Origin: Balneolaceae bacterium
GTDB lineage: Bacteria; Bacteroidota; Rhodothermia; Balneolales; Balneolaceae
Direction of reading: 5' to 3'
Length of the DNA: 54,967 nt
Assembly (NCBI GenBank): GCA_007123985.1
Contig: SLGA01000214.1
Location: 1-54,967 of the forward strand
The notes under the pieces were generated by a model. That model had not been told where the DNA came from. It saw nothing but the letters and a program-made list of their open reading frames with translations, and ran no database searches. Made by a program: the position numbers and the translations under genes. This document shows, in pieces, positions 38,872-48,709 of the stretch. Positions within the stretch are counted from its first letter, which is position 1; every line of letters begins with the position of its first letter.

Positions 38872-40026
38872 TTACGGTATGAACCGAAGCTGGAAAACAA
38901 GTACAAGGATGGAGTTATCAAGATCCATTGGGCCGCTTTGGCCAAAACCGTAATTCAGATGAGCCCGCATAATTTCCCGGTTTCCATCGAAAATATATCT
39001 GGTGATTCCGAATAAATAGTTGTTAGAATAAATCCTGTCGTAGTTAACATTTATACCGGTCTGACCCGGTTTTTCAGCCATTTCATCGTATCGTCCCAAT
39101 AAATGCCACTCACGGGTAAGCCTGTACCCTAACTGGGCATAAAATCCGTTAAGATTGTACTCATTATCCTGGTTTAATATGATGCCGCGGCTTTCGTCCT
39201 TGGCGGTGAGACTCATGTATTCGAAATGAGTGAAAACCCTGTTTAGTCCAAAATTATTGGTTGCCACCCGGATGGAGTAAGAGGTTCTGTTAATATCGTA
39301 AGGGCCAACTCCGGCTTGAACCACACCGCGCTGCTGATTGGTTGCTACGTGCGAACCGATTGTAAGACCGTCAACTATTTCCCAGTCAAAACGACCACCG
39401 TAAAGTCCACCACCTGGTTTACGTTCTGTGATATTTGAGCCTGCCTGTACAAAGCGCCCCGCCCCGTTGCCGGCTTGGATTGCGTAATAAAAACTACCCT
39501 GCCGGCCATGTATCATCACACCCAGATCCCGGAAAGCAGAATAGCCCATTACATTCGAAAGTGTGGTTGTGATTGGCGCACGGTCATAGAAGAGCAGCCA
39601 CGAGGAGGCGTTATTTGCAGTATCCCATGACTGACCGGGCATCATTATTTGGCCAACACGCACCACAAACCACGGCCTGATGCGTGCATCGGCATAAAAA
39701 CAGAGCAAAGAGGGTGAAGTACCTGCAAGTTCTATCCATGATGTTACACTGAACGTCTCATTGATGTTTGCTCTGGTTAGTAATCGAGCCCTGCGTAGTC
39801 TGAATCCCTGTGTATCGATTGTTTCAGTGCCAAGTACGGGTAAATTTCCCTGTGAAGTTGTTACTACCTCCGTACTCTGATTGGCGATGTACCACGTTTG
39901 GATATATCCGCCAACATCAACAGAAAGCTGTGCCTGAGCAGCAGGAGCAATTATGAATATGATAGTGAGCAACGCAAATGAAGGAGCCTGTAATGTTCTT
40001 TTCATCTTCTTGATCTGTGGTTTCAA
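38872..40026 (-). CDS. Outer-membrane porin (phosphate-selective porin O/P-like)
   Basis: Signal peptide, GGYIQ, FRLRRARL, VRVGQ, RDLGV, NGAG, GFYAQLGY, GRYD, amphipathic terminal strand. Start may be ATG 40005. Confidence 0.75.
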   Translation of the reverse strand: MKPQIKKMKRTLQAPSFALLTIIFIIAPAAQAQLSVDVGGYIQTWYIANQSTEVVTTSQGNLPVLGTETIDTQGFRLRRARLLTRANINETFSVTSWIELAGTSPSLLCFYADARIRPWFVVRVGQIMMPGQSWDTANNASSWLLFYDRAPITTTLSNVMGYSAFRDLGVMIHGRQGSFYYAIQAGNGAGRFVQAGSNITERKPGGGLYGGRFDWEIVDGLTIGSHVATNQQRGVVQAGVGPYDINRTSYSIRVATNNFGLNRVFTHFEYMSLTAKDESRGIILNQDNEYNLNGFYAQLGYRLTREWHLLGRYDEMAEKPGQTGINVNYDRIYSNNYLFGITRYIFDGNREIMRAHLNYGFGQSGPMDLDNSILVLVFQLRFIP

Positions 40027-40180
40027 TACACACTTTGCAACTCCGCCTGGAAAGCAGTTTGCATTAGAATTTTCCTCTCATATAACTCTTTCTCTATAAT
40101 TGTATTCTACCACTTTATCATGAAGAGTATATTAAGGCTGAGGCTTTTAAGAGCCGCAAAACTGTTTTTACTGCGGATTT

Positions 40181-41410
40181 CTAAACCTCTGCAACATTAA
40201 TTGAGCCGGCAATCTGTTCTTCGGTTAGTTTAAAGATTTCTATGATGTTCTCTTTTGTTATCGGGCCTGCGGCATCAATCTTTTCACCATCGCCATAAAC
40301 GCGCAGAGCGTAGTCTGCAATCTCCGGAAATGCTTCTGCAGGTATACTCTGATCAGTTAATCTCTGGTAGAGTCCGTTATCTTCCAGCCACCCTTCAAAA
40401 ACAGCAATAAATTCAGCTGCACTCTCATTTATGTTTGATGTTTTGATATCGAACAGCTTTTCACCTAATAGTGCGAGCCTGTCAACACAGCGGTTATTTT
40501 CTACCAACCACTTGAAGTACGCGGGATAAAGAATGGCCAGTCCACGCCCGTGTGCAAGATTTGGGTTGTAGCCGCTGAGGGCATGTTCCAGATTGTGCAG
40601 CAAAAATGTTGTGGGCACTCTACCGGCTGTTTGCATGGTATTGAGGGCCATTGTGGATGCCCATAAAAGCTGCCCGCGAAGAGATTCGTTTTCTGGATTT
40701 TCAAGCACTTTCGGCAAAGCTTCAATAACCACTTGCATAACACCTTCGCTGTATCTGTCAGCGGGAGGGGCTTCATTTCCACCGAGGATGTAATTTTCAA
40801 AAACATGGCTCAGAATATCAGAAGCACCATCACGTGTAGTTTGGGGTGGCAGCGAGGTGTGATAAGCAGGATTGAGCCACGATGCTGATGGTTTAAGAAA
40901 CGGATAGCTGATCGGCGATTTTCCTTTTACTTCGGGATTGGAAATTACGGCATGGGCTGTAACCTCCGATGCGGTTGCGGCTGTGGTTGGGATGGTGGCA
41001 ACCGGCAAAGCGCCCTGCATAGTTTTGTATTTCGGTTCGCCCAGAACGTATGGCCAGATTTCTTTCGCATCATCATGAATGAGACCCGCAATTGCTTTGG
41101 ATGCATCCATTACCGACCCACCGCCAAATGCAAGTACAAAATCAACATCATTTTCTTTTCCGATTGCAGCAGCCCTATCAATTGTTACTGCATGCGGGTT
41201 GGGCTCTATTCCCTCAAAAAGAACAAATTCAATATTTCTTTGTGAAAGATTAGCCTTCACTTCATCAAGATAACCGATTCGTTTTACACTGCCGCCGCCA
41301 ATTACAACCAGTACACGGTTTCCGTAATCTTTTAATTGGTCGAAAAAAGCGCTCTCTTTTGAGCTGCCAAAATAGATTCGTGTTGGGATATGAATTTCAA
41401 ATGAGTTCAT
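40181..41410 (-). CDS. Iron-containing alcohol dehydrogenase (butanol DH/YqhD-like)
   Basis: PTRIYFG, GGGS, GIEPNP, GGGSVMDASK, PTTAATASE, metal ligands D..SH, H..EH, HG; ATG 41410. Confidence 0.92.
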   Translation of the reverse strand: MNSFEIHIPTRIYFGSSKESAFFDQLKDYGNRVLVVIGGGSVKRIGYLDEVKANLSQRNIEFVLFEGIEPNPHAVTIDRAAAIGKENDVDFVLAFGGGSVMDASKAIAGLIHDDAKEIWPYVLGEPKYKTMQGALPVATIPTTAATASEVTAHAVISNPEVKGKSPISYPFLKPSASWLNPAYHTSLPPQTTRDGASDILSHVFENYILGGNEAPPADRYSEGVMQVVIEALPKVLENPENESLRGQLLWASTMALNTMQTAGRVPTTFLLHNLEHALSGYNPNLAHGRGLAILYPAYFKWLVENNRCVDRLALLGEKLFDIKTSNINESAAEFIAVFEGWLEDNGLYQRLTDQSIPAEAFPEIADYALRVYGDGEKIDAAGPITKENIIEIFKLTEEQIAGSINVAEV

Positions 41411-41535
41411 GTTAGAGAAAATTTGGTTATCATTATTCAGAATAAAATGAGCAAAAAAATGAATCAGTTTTGCTGATTCAGGCACCTTGATCTTTCTTCA
41501 ATATATCAACAAAGCGCGATTAAATAAGATTTCAT

Positions 41536-42723
41536 ATGAGCCAAATTCAGGATCAAATTCACAAAAAAGCGGAAAAGTACTTCGATTATATGGTGCAGAC
41601 CAGGAGGTACCTTCATAAAAATCCAGAAGTAAGTTTTAAGGAATTTGAGACAACCGATTACATTATTCATGAGTTGAAAAAACTGGGTATTGAAACCAAA
41701 CGCCCGCTTGAAACCGGTTGTATAGGTATCATTGAAGGAAATCAATCCGACAGCGTTGTTGCTCTGCGGGCCGATATTGATGCTCTCCCGATGGATGAGG
41801 AGGGAGATGCAAAAAGAGAGTTTATGAGCGAAAGGCCAGGAGCCGCACACTGCTGCGGTCACGATTTTCACACAGCGAACCTGCTTGGAACGGCGCGTAT
41901 TCTGAATGATCTGAAGGAGAATATTGACGGAAAAGTAGTTTTGATCTTTCAACCGGCTGAGGAGAAGCTTCCCGGAGGAGGGCGGCTTCTAACAGAATCA
42001 GGAGCATTGCAAAATGAAGGGGTGAAAAAAGTGTATGGAATGCATACAAACCCAAACTTTGCTCCGGGGCAGATAGCTGTAAAATCCGGCCCCCTCATGG
42101 CCTGTACTGTTGAATTTGATGTAGAGATCATCGGAAAGGGTGGCCATGCGGCTGCCCCGCATACCACCGTTGATCCCATTGTGGTCGCTGCCCAGGTTAT
42201 TCAGCAGTTTCAAACCATTCCAAGCCGATCACTCGATCCTACTGAACCATCGGTGATAACTGTGGGGAAATTTCAAGCAGGTTCAGCACATAATATTATA
42301 CCTGAAAAAGCCAGTTTAATGGGCACAGTTCGTGCATTTTCAATGGAAACAGCACGATTTATCAAACAAAGAATGGAGGAAATACTCTCCGGTGTAACTG
42401 CTGCATCGGGTGCAACTTTTACGTTTGAATTCAATGAAGGCTACCCGGCTGTTGTAAATGACGAAGACTGTGCAGAAACCATCCAATTATCCGGTGAAAA
42501 ACTATTGGGATCAGATAATGTGATTGTATTGGAAAGGCCGCTCATGGCTGGTGAGGATTTTGCATTCTACCAGCAGCAATTTCCAGGTGCATTTTTCTTT
42601 TTGGGTACCGGCAGCGATGAAGCAGACTCAAAATGGAGTTGGCACCATCCGCGATACAATGTAGATGAAAAAGCATTTCTCACAAGCTCGGCATTGATGG
42701 CCGGTATTGTTCTGAACAGCTGA
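41536..42723 (+). CDS. M20D family amidohydrolase
   Basis: LHKNPE, LRADIDALP, CCGHD, FQPAEE, GKGGHAA, EDFAFY, HHPRY. Confidence 0.93.
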   Translation: MSQIQDQIHKKAEKYFDYMVQTRRYLHKNPEVSFKEFETTDYIIHELKKLGIETKRPLETGCIGIIEGNQSDSVVALRADIDALPMDEEGDAKREFMSERPGAAHCCGHDFHTANLLGTARILNDLKENIDGKVVLIFQPAEEKLPGGGRLLTESGALQNEGVKKVYGMHTNPNFAPGQIAVKSGPLMACTVEFDVEIIGKGGHAAAPHTTVDPIVVAAQVIQQFQTIPSRSLDPTEPSVITVGKFQAGSAHNIIPEKASLMGTVRAFSMETARFIKQRMEEILSGVTAASGATFTFEFNEGYPAVVNDEDCAETIQLSGEKLLGSDNVIVLERPLMAGEDFAFYQQQFPGAFFFLGTGSDEADSKWSWHHPRYNVDEKAFLTSSALMAGIVLNS

Positions 42724-42825
42724 CAGCATATTGTGTAAAAGCATAATTCTGCTTTGAGAATTACCACTCTGAGGTTTACATTGCTTCTACCGCATTAGGT
42801 GATGGATGTAAATTAAAATACCCGA

Positions 42826-43818
42826 ATGGTTACCAGACTAGCCCGGCTTTGCTTGTTCTCGCTCTCACTGATAGTTTTCAGTGCATGTTCTGATAGTTCA
42901 GAGATCACTGTACTCAAGCTCGGTCACGGTCTCGACAGTACCCACCCTGTGCATCTTGCCATGGAGTATATGGCCGAGAGGGCAAGCGAATATTCAGAAG
43001 GTACTATTCGGATTGATGTGTATCCCGGGCAGCAATTGGGAACCGAGCGTGAACTTCTTGAGCTGCTTCAAATCGGCAGTGTGGATATTACGAAGGTCTC
43101 ATCAAGTGTAATAGAAGGATTTGATCCCATTTATAAAGTGTTCAGTGTTCCGTTTTTATTTGTGGATGAAGAGCACAGATACAACGTATGGGATGGTGAA
43201 ATTGGCCGTGAATTGCTGGATGCCGGAGAACGGATTCGCCTGATGGGACTTACCTATTACGATGCAGGTACACGAAGTTTTTACACCAAAGAGACTCCAA
43301 TAAACCATCCTGATGATCTTTCCGGTTTACGGATCAGGGTACAGGAGAGTCCCGCATCAATCCAGATGGTGAATTTACTTGGCGGCTCTGCCACACCAAT
43401 ATCCTGGGGAGAAATTTATACGGCACTGCAGCAGGGAATTGTGGATGGTGCAGAAAATAATGCCCCGAGTTTTCATCTGTCGCGCCATTATGAGGTAGCA
43501 AGATTTTACAGCATCAACGAGCACACAGCCGTGCCGGATATTTTGTACATAAGCCTGGCCACATGGAATCGGTTAACTGAGACTGAACAGGAGATTATTC
43601 AGAAGGCCGCGGATGAATCGGCTATCTACCAGCGCCGTTTATGGCGTGAGGCAACAGACCGCGCAATGGATGAGGTTCAGGCTGCCGGTGTTGAAGTGGT
43701 TTATCCGGATAAGCAGCCATTCATTGAACGCTTGCAGCCGCTTTACCAGGTTTATATGGACGAATCGGATGAACTAAAGCAGTTTATTGAACGAATTCAG
43801 GAGCTTGCTGATGGATAA
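42826..43818 (+). CDS. dctP: TRAP transporter substrate-binding protein (lipoprotein)
   Basis: QLGTERE, conserved Arg in LRIRVQES, EIYTALQQGIVDGAENN; lipobox FSAC. Confidence 0.92.
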   Translation: MVTRLARLCLFSLSLIVFSACSDSSEITVLKLGHGLDSTHPVHLAMEYMAERASEYSEGTIRIDVYPGQQLGTERELLELLQIGSVDITKVSSSVIEGFDPIYKVFSVPFLFVDEEHRYNVWDGEIGRELLDAGERIRLMGLTYYDAGTRSFYTKETPINHPDDLSGLRIRVQESPASIQMVNLLGGSATPISWGEIYTALQQGIVDGAENNAPSFHLSRHYEVARFYSINEHTAVPDILYISLATWNRLTETEQEIIQKAADESAIYQRRLWREATDRAMDEVQAAGVEVVYPDKQPFIERLQPLYQVYMDESDELKQFIERIQELADG

Positions 43819-44326
43819 AATCATACAAATAATTGATACGGTTTTAGCATGGATTCTCATTATTCTGATGGGAATTCTGGTTATTGATGTTACCTGGCAG
43901 GTTATTGCACGTTTTTTATTGGGCTCAGCCAGCTCATTTACTGAGGAGGTAGCCCGCTTTTTGCTCATCTGGATAGGTCTTCTAGGCGCAGCCTATGCCT
44001 ACCGGAAAGATCTGCACCTTGCCTTCGACTATTTTTCAATGAAAGTACACGGGCCGAGAAAGAAGATGCTCGGAATATTTATTCATTCTCTTGTGGCTGT
44101 TTTCTCATTCCTGGTGCTTGTTATTGGCGGAGGTTATCTGGTAAATCTTACGTGGGAATTGAACCAGGTTTCAGCTGCACTGCAAATACGTCTGGCATAT
44201 GTGTACAGCGTTCTGCCTCTCAGCGGTTTTCTGATTGTACTCTATTCTGCGGTTTTCATCAGAGATATTATTCGTGGTGACGAAAATTCTGATGTACCTG
44301 ATCCTAAACCAAGTGAGTCAATTTGA
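43811..44326 (+). CDS. dctQ: TRAP transporter small permease
   Basis: 4 TM; QVIARF, TEEVARFLLIW, HLAFD, SAAL. Confidence 0.9.
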   Translation: MDKIIQIIDTVLAWILIILMGILVIDVTWQVIARFLLGSASSFTEEVARFLLIWIGLLGAAYAYRKDLHLAFDYFSMKVHGPRKKMLGIFIHSLVAVFSFLVLVIGGGYLVNLTWELNQVSAALQIRLAYVYSVLPLSGFLIVLYSAVFIRDIIRGDENSDVPDPKPSESI

Positions 44327-45621
44327 TGGAGATTGCAGGAGTTCTGGTTCTGATTATTAGCTTTGTTTTTTTGCTTCTTATCGGGGTTCCCATTGCATTT
44401 TGTATCGGTATAGCCACACTTCTTACCATGCTGGTGAGCATACCATTTGATCCCGCCGTTACCACGGTTGCCCAACGTATGGCTACCGGCCTCGACAGTT
44501 TTACCCTGCTTGCGATCCCGTTTTTTATTCTTGCAGGGCAGATTATGAACCAGGGCGGTATTGCCCGGCGCCTTATCGATTTTGCGAAATCTATTGTTGG
44601 CATGCTGCCCGGAGGGCTTGCATATGTGCATGTGGTGGCAGCGATGTTGTTTGGCTCTATCTCCGGTTCGGCAGTGGCCACAGCTTCAGCAATCGGCGGT
44701 TTTATGGGGCCGCAAATGGAAAAAGAGGGATATGATAAAGACTTCACGGCAGCGCTCAATATCACGTCATCCACAACCGGGCTGATAATTCCGCCCAGTA
44801 ATATCCTTATTGTTTACTCACTGGCTAGCGGCGGTGCTTCTATTGCAGCCCTTTTTCTTGCGGGGTACATTCCAGGTATTTTAACCGGATTGCTGCTGAT
44901 GGCGGTTTCCGGCTACTTTGCATTTAAACGGAAATATCCTGTTACAGGCCGTGTTTCATTAAAAGTTGCAGCCAGAAAATTCTGGGATGCTATTCCAAGC
45001 CTGTTTCTAATTATTCTTGTGATCGGTGGTATAGTGGCAGGAATTTTCACAGCAACAGAGGCATCGGCCATTGCCGTAGTCTATGCTCTGTTTCTTGCGA
45101 TAGCATACAGAAGTATGAGTCCTGCTCAGTTAAAAAGTGTGATGCTATCAAGCGTAAACACCACAGCAATTGTAGCACTCCTTATTGCTACCTCAATGGC
45201 TATGTCGTGGATTATGTCGTACGAGAATATTCCGATTTTTGTAACGGAAAGTTTGATAGCTTTAAGTGATAATCCGTTTGTGATTCTTATCATCATTAAC
45301 ATTATTCTGCTGATGGTGGGTGTGTTCATGGACATGACACCGGCTGTGCTCATTTTCACACCTATATTCCTGCCCCTTGTTGTTGAGATGGGTATGGATC
45401 CCGTTCATTTCGGGATCATAATGGTACTGAATTTAAGTGTTGGCTTGTGCACGCCGCCCGTGGGCAGTGTGCTTTTTGTAGGTTGCGGTATTGCAAATAT
45501 CTCCATTTCAAAAGTTATAAAACCTCTGATTCCGCTTTTCATCGCTATGGTAATTTCTCTGCTGATAGTGACCTATTTTGAAGATTTGAGCCTTTTCCTG
45601 CCGAGATTGTTCGGGTATTAA
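44326..45621 (+). CDS. dctM: TRAP transporter large permease
   Basis: LLAIPFFILAG, SGSAVA, IIPPS, GIFTATEA, DPVHFG, TPPVG. Confidence 0.95.
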   Translation: MEIAGVLVLIISFVFLLLIGVPIAFCIGIATLLTMLVSIPFDPAVTTVAQRMATGLDSFTLLAIPFFILAGQIMNQGGIARRLIDFAKSIVGMLPGGLAYVHVVAAMLFGSISGSAVATASAIGGFMGPQMEKEGYDKDFTAALNITSSTTGLIIPPSNILIVYSLASGGASIAALFLAGYIPGILTGLLLMAVSGYFAFKRKYPVTGRVSLKVAARKFWDAIPSLFLIILVIGGIVAGIFTATEASAIAVVYALFLAIAYRSMSPAQLKSVMLSSVNTTAIVALLIATSMAMSWIMSYENIPIFVTESLIALSDNPFVILIIINIILLMVGVFMDMTPAVLIFTPIFLPLVVEMGMDPVHFGIIMVLNLSVGLCTPPVGSVLFVGCGIANISISKVIKPLIPLFIAMVISLLIVTYFEDLSLFLPRLFGY

Positions 45622-45626
45622 TTTAA

Positions 45627-47147
45627 TTGATCAGAATTGTAATGCATCAGTCGAAAAAGCCTTTCTATAAACTTCTCAAACCGTTGAGAGAGAAATTTCC
45701 TGATCTAAATATTTTCGAGAATTCTGTGGTTTCTGATGATGGGAGGCATTTTTTTATGATTCGTGATGGACTTGAAACCTTTTTGATGGTTCACTCATCA
45801 GAACAGACCGAGTTTTCAGGTGAGAATATTTCCATCGGTAATTTGAAACTTCTGAAATGTCGGCTCATTCGCGAAAATGCAAACGTACTTCGAGAGCTTT
45901 TTCCATTTACTAAGCCGGTATTAGCCGGAAAACGAAACTCTTATGGGCTGGGAGACAGGCTTGGAAACGCTGGTGGCGCCCATCTGAAAGCAATCAGCGG
46001 AACAGGGTTTTTCCCGGTACTGGCACAGCAATCCATCCGAGAGCTGGAACGAACCGGCAGAACCGCTGAAGATGTACTTGATGCAGCAAGCTGGGCCGTT
46101 TTTCGGGAGGGATATCATGGGGGATTCGGTGCAGACGGGGATCATCTGAAAACAACCGCTGATATTGACCTGATTGTAAATGCCGGTTTTACCATGTTTA
46201 CGATAGATCCGAGTGATTATGTTGTGAATGAAGCGGCAGGTATGGAAGATGCAGAACTTCAGCATCATTTTAAAAATCTGCCCTGGGATCAGCTGCAAGA
46301 TCAACCGGAAGATTTTTTATATCGAACAGTTGGTGTAACCTTTTCATTAAATGCCGGTTTTTCAATTTCTCCATCAAGAAAAGAAATCTATACCGGAATG
46401 GTTAAATACGGGAGGGTTATTAGCCATACAAAAAAGATGGCTAACTATTTGAGAGATACATATCCAGGCCATCCTGCTGAACTGGAGCTCTCGGTGGATG
46501 AAACCGATCAGCCCACCACGCTTTTTGAGCATCTGTTGATTGTATCGGAGTTGAAACGCCTGGGAGTTGAGCTTGTTAGCCTTGCACCAAGATTTTGCGG
46601 TGACTTTGAAAAAGGCGTGGACTTTCGCGGAGATCTGTGTCAATTTCGCGAAGAGTACCGGCAGCATCTGGCCATTGCAAAAAAGTATGGTGGCTATAAA
46701 CTGAGTATCCATTCGGGTAGTGATAAGTTTTCGGTTTACGAGGTGATAGGTTCCATTAATGAAGGGACGGTTCACGTAAAAACAGCCGGAACAAGTTATC
46801 TTGAAGCTCTTCGAACAGTGGCAGAGGCAAACCCGACTCTTTTCAGGCAAATCCTTGTTTTTTCAAATAACAGGTTTGAAGAGGATAAAAAAAGCTACCA
46901 TATTTCCGCCCGCCCGGAAAACATTCCTGATCTCAAATCATTAAAAAACATGGAGCTTAAAAATCTGCTTGATCATGACGATACACGGCAGGTTTTGCAT
47001 GTGGCGTATGGTTCCGTGTTGCATGGGCAGGGAGAGGTGTCCGTTGCCTTTAAAAAACAATTGATGGAGACACTTACAGAGAATGAGGAGCTGTATGAAT
47101 CTAATTTGAAGCAACACTTTGAGAGGCATTTGATGCCTTTTGTATAG
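45627..47147 (+). CDS. uxaE: Tagaturonate/fructuronate epimerase
   Basis: GLGDRLG, QQSIREL.RTGR, GADGDHLKT, ELSVDETD, LAPRF.GDFEKGVD, SIHSGSDKF, HVKTAGTSYLEALR, RQVLHVAYG. Confidence 0.9.
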   Translation: MIRIVMHQSKKPFYKLLKPLREKFPDLNIFENSVVSDDGRHFFMIRDGLETFLMVHSSEQTEFSGENISIGNLKLLKCRLIRENANVLRELFPFTKPVLAGKRNSYGLGDRLGNAGGAHLKAISGTGFFPVLAQQSIRELERTGRTAEDVLDAASWAVFREGYHGGFGADGDHLKTTADIDLIVNAGFTMFTIDPSDYVVNEAAGMEDAELQHHFKNLPWDQLQDQPEDFLYRTVGVTFSLNAGFSISPSRKEIYTGMVKYGRVISHTKKMANYLRDTYPGHPAELELSVDETDQPTTLFEHLLIVSELKRLGVELVSLAPRFCGDFEKGVDFRGDLCQFREEYRQHLAIAKKYGGYKLSIHSGSDKFSVYEVIGSINEGTVHVKTAGTSYLEALRTVAEANPTLFRQILVFSNNRFEEDKKSYHISARPENIPDLKSLKNMELKNLLDHDDTRQVLHVAYGSVLHGQGEVSVAFKKQLMETLTENEELYESNLKQHFERHLMPFV

Positions 47148-47279
47148 TTTCAATCTTTCATTAGAACCGCTAAAAAGATATACTGTTTAGTAGATTGGGG
47201 TAAATTTTAAAAAGAGTTATCCTGGCGCCATGCAGGAAGTTGCAAAGTTATAGAATTATGATTCATAAAGGATTGAGTA

Positions 47280-48059
47280 ATGAAAAATAATGACATTTTT
47301 TCCCTTAAAGGAAAAACATCAGCTGTTATCGGATGGAGCGGAGTATTGGGCGGTGGCATGGTACAGGCGCTTGCCGAGGCAGGAGCTAAAACCGCCATTT
47401 TTTACAGTGGAAACCCCGATGGAGCTGAAAACCGGAAAGTCGAAGTTGAAAGGATTGGCGGAGAAGCGATCATCTGCAAAGCCGATGTAAGGAGTGAAGA
47501 GTCGCTCAAAAAAGCTTTTCAAAAAGTTGAAGAAACCTGGGGTCGGCTTGATATCCTGGTGAATGCACCCGGTGTTAACTCCATAACCCCGGTGATGGAA
47601 ATTACAGAAGAGGAGTGGGATCGAATCATGGAGATCAATCTGAAGGGTGTGTTTCTTGCAAGCCGGATTGCTGCCGATATCATGATGAGAAACAATATTC
47701 CCGGCAGCATCATCAATATTTCGTCGGCATCATCAGAAGTTCCCCTTTCAAAAGTATTTACATATAGCATTTCAAAAGCGGGCATGAATAATATGACAAA
47801 GTTTCTTGCACGCGAGTGGGCTGAAAAAAATATTCGTGTGAATGCAATTATGCCGGGTTTCTTTCCAGCTGAACAGAACAGAAAAATTCTTACAAAAGAG
47901 CGTACTGAAGCAATATTTAACCATACTCCAATGAACCGATTTGGTGAGCCTGCTGAACTGGCCGGTGCTTTAATCTGGCTGGCATCAGAAAAAGCCTCCT
48001 CATTTGTAACCGGTGCTATTATTCCGGTTGACGGTGGTTTTACTTCAATGACAATCTGA
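47280..48059 (+). CDS. SDR oxidoreductase, probable fructuronate reductase / D-mannonate oxidoreductase
   Basis: DILVNAPG, IINISS, YSISK, NAIMPGFF.AEQNR, TPMNRFG, VDGGF; sits in a hexuronate cluster. Confidence 0.8.
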   Translation: MKNNDIFSLKGKTSAVIGWSGVLGGGMVQALAEAGAKTAIFYSGNPDGAENRKVEVERIGGEAIICKADVRSEESLKKAFQKVEETWGRLDILVNAPGVNSITPVMEITEEEWDRIMEINLKGVFLASRIAADIMMRNNIPGSIINISSASSEVPLSKVFTYSISKAGMNNMTKFLAREWAEKNIRVNAIMPGFFPAEQNRKILTKERTEAIFNHTPMNRFGEPAELAGALIWLASEKASSFVTGAIIPVDGGFTSMTI

Positions 48060-48063
48060 AAGA

Positions 48064-48696
48064 ATGAACAGAACTGAATCCCTCCATTTTATTCAAGATC
48101 ACAAAGCCATCGCAGTATTGCGATTTGATGATCCAGACTCTTTTAAACAGCTGATTGAAGCACTCTATAAGGGTGGAATCAGAATCGCAGAGATCACAAT
48201 GACGGTACCCGGAGCCATCGGATTGCTTGAGAAGAGTCATTCATATCTGCCGGAAGACATGTTGCTTGGAGTAGGTTCCGTGATTGATAAAAAAACTGCT
48301 GAAGAAGCAATCAAGGCAGGTGCGGATTTTGTTGTAAGTCCGATTGTTAAAAATGAAGTGATAGAAACTTCACGAAACTTAGATAAAGTTGTGATAGCCG
48401 GTGCATTTACTCCTACCGAAATTCAACATGCATGGGAATCCGGTTCAGATATTGTTAAAGTATTTCCCGCAAATATTCTTGGGATGGATTTTTTCCGGGC
48501 GGTAAAAGCTCCACTGCCACATTTACAGCTGATGCCTACCGGCGGAGTTTCACTAACCAACGGTAAAGAGTGGCTCGACGCCGGTGCCTGTGCAATTGGT
48601 ATAGGGAGTGCACTGGTATCTAAAAAAGATTTACACAATAAAGATTTTGAATCAGTTTCAGAAAAAGCAGCGATTTTGGTAAAAAACCTTCAATAA
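48064..48696 (+). CDS. eda: KDPG/KHG aldolase
   Basis: IAVLR, EIT, GVGSV, FVVSP, TPTEI, VKVFPA (Schiff-base Lys), PTGGV. Confidence 0.93.
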   Translation: MNRTESLHFIQDHKAIAVLRFDDPDSFKQLIEALYKGGIRIAEITMTVPGAIGLLEKSHSYLPEDMLLGVGSVIDKKTAEEAIKAGADFVVSPIVKNEVIETSRNLDKVVIAGAFTPTEIQHAWESGSDIVKVFPANILGMDFFRAVKAPLPHLQLMPTGGVSLTNGKEWLDAGACAIGIGSALVSKKDLHNKDFESVSEKAAILVKNLQ

Positions 48697-48709
48697 TGGA
48701 TGAACCTGC

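Noticed and set aside
40181-41410. Fe-ADH as a methylglyoxal-detox partner of mgsA
   Set aside because: About 38 kb away with no shared regulatory signal; link is speculative.
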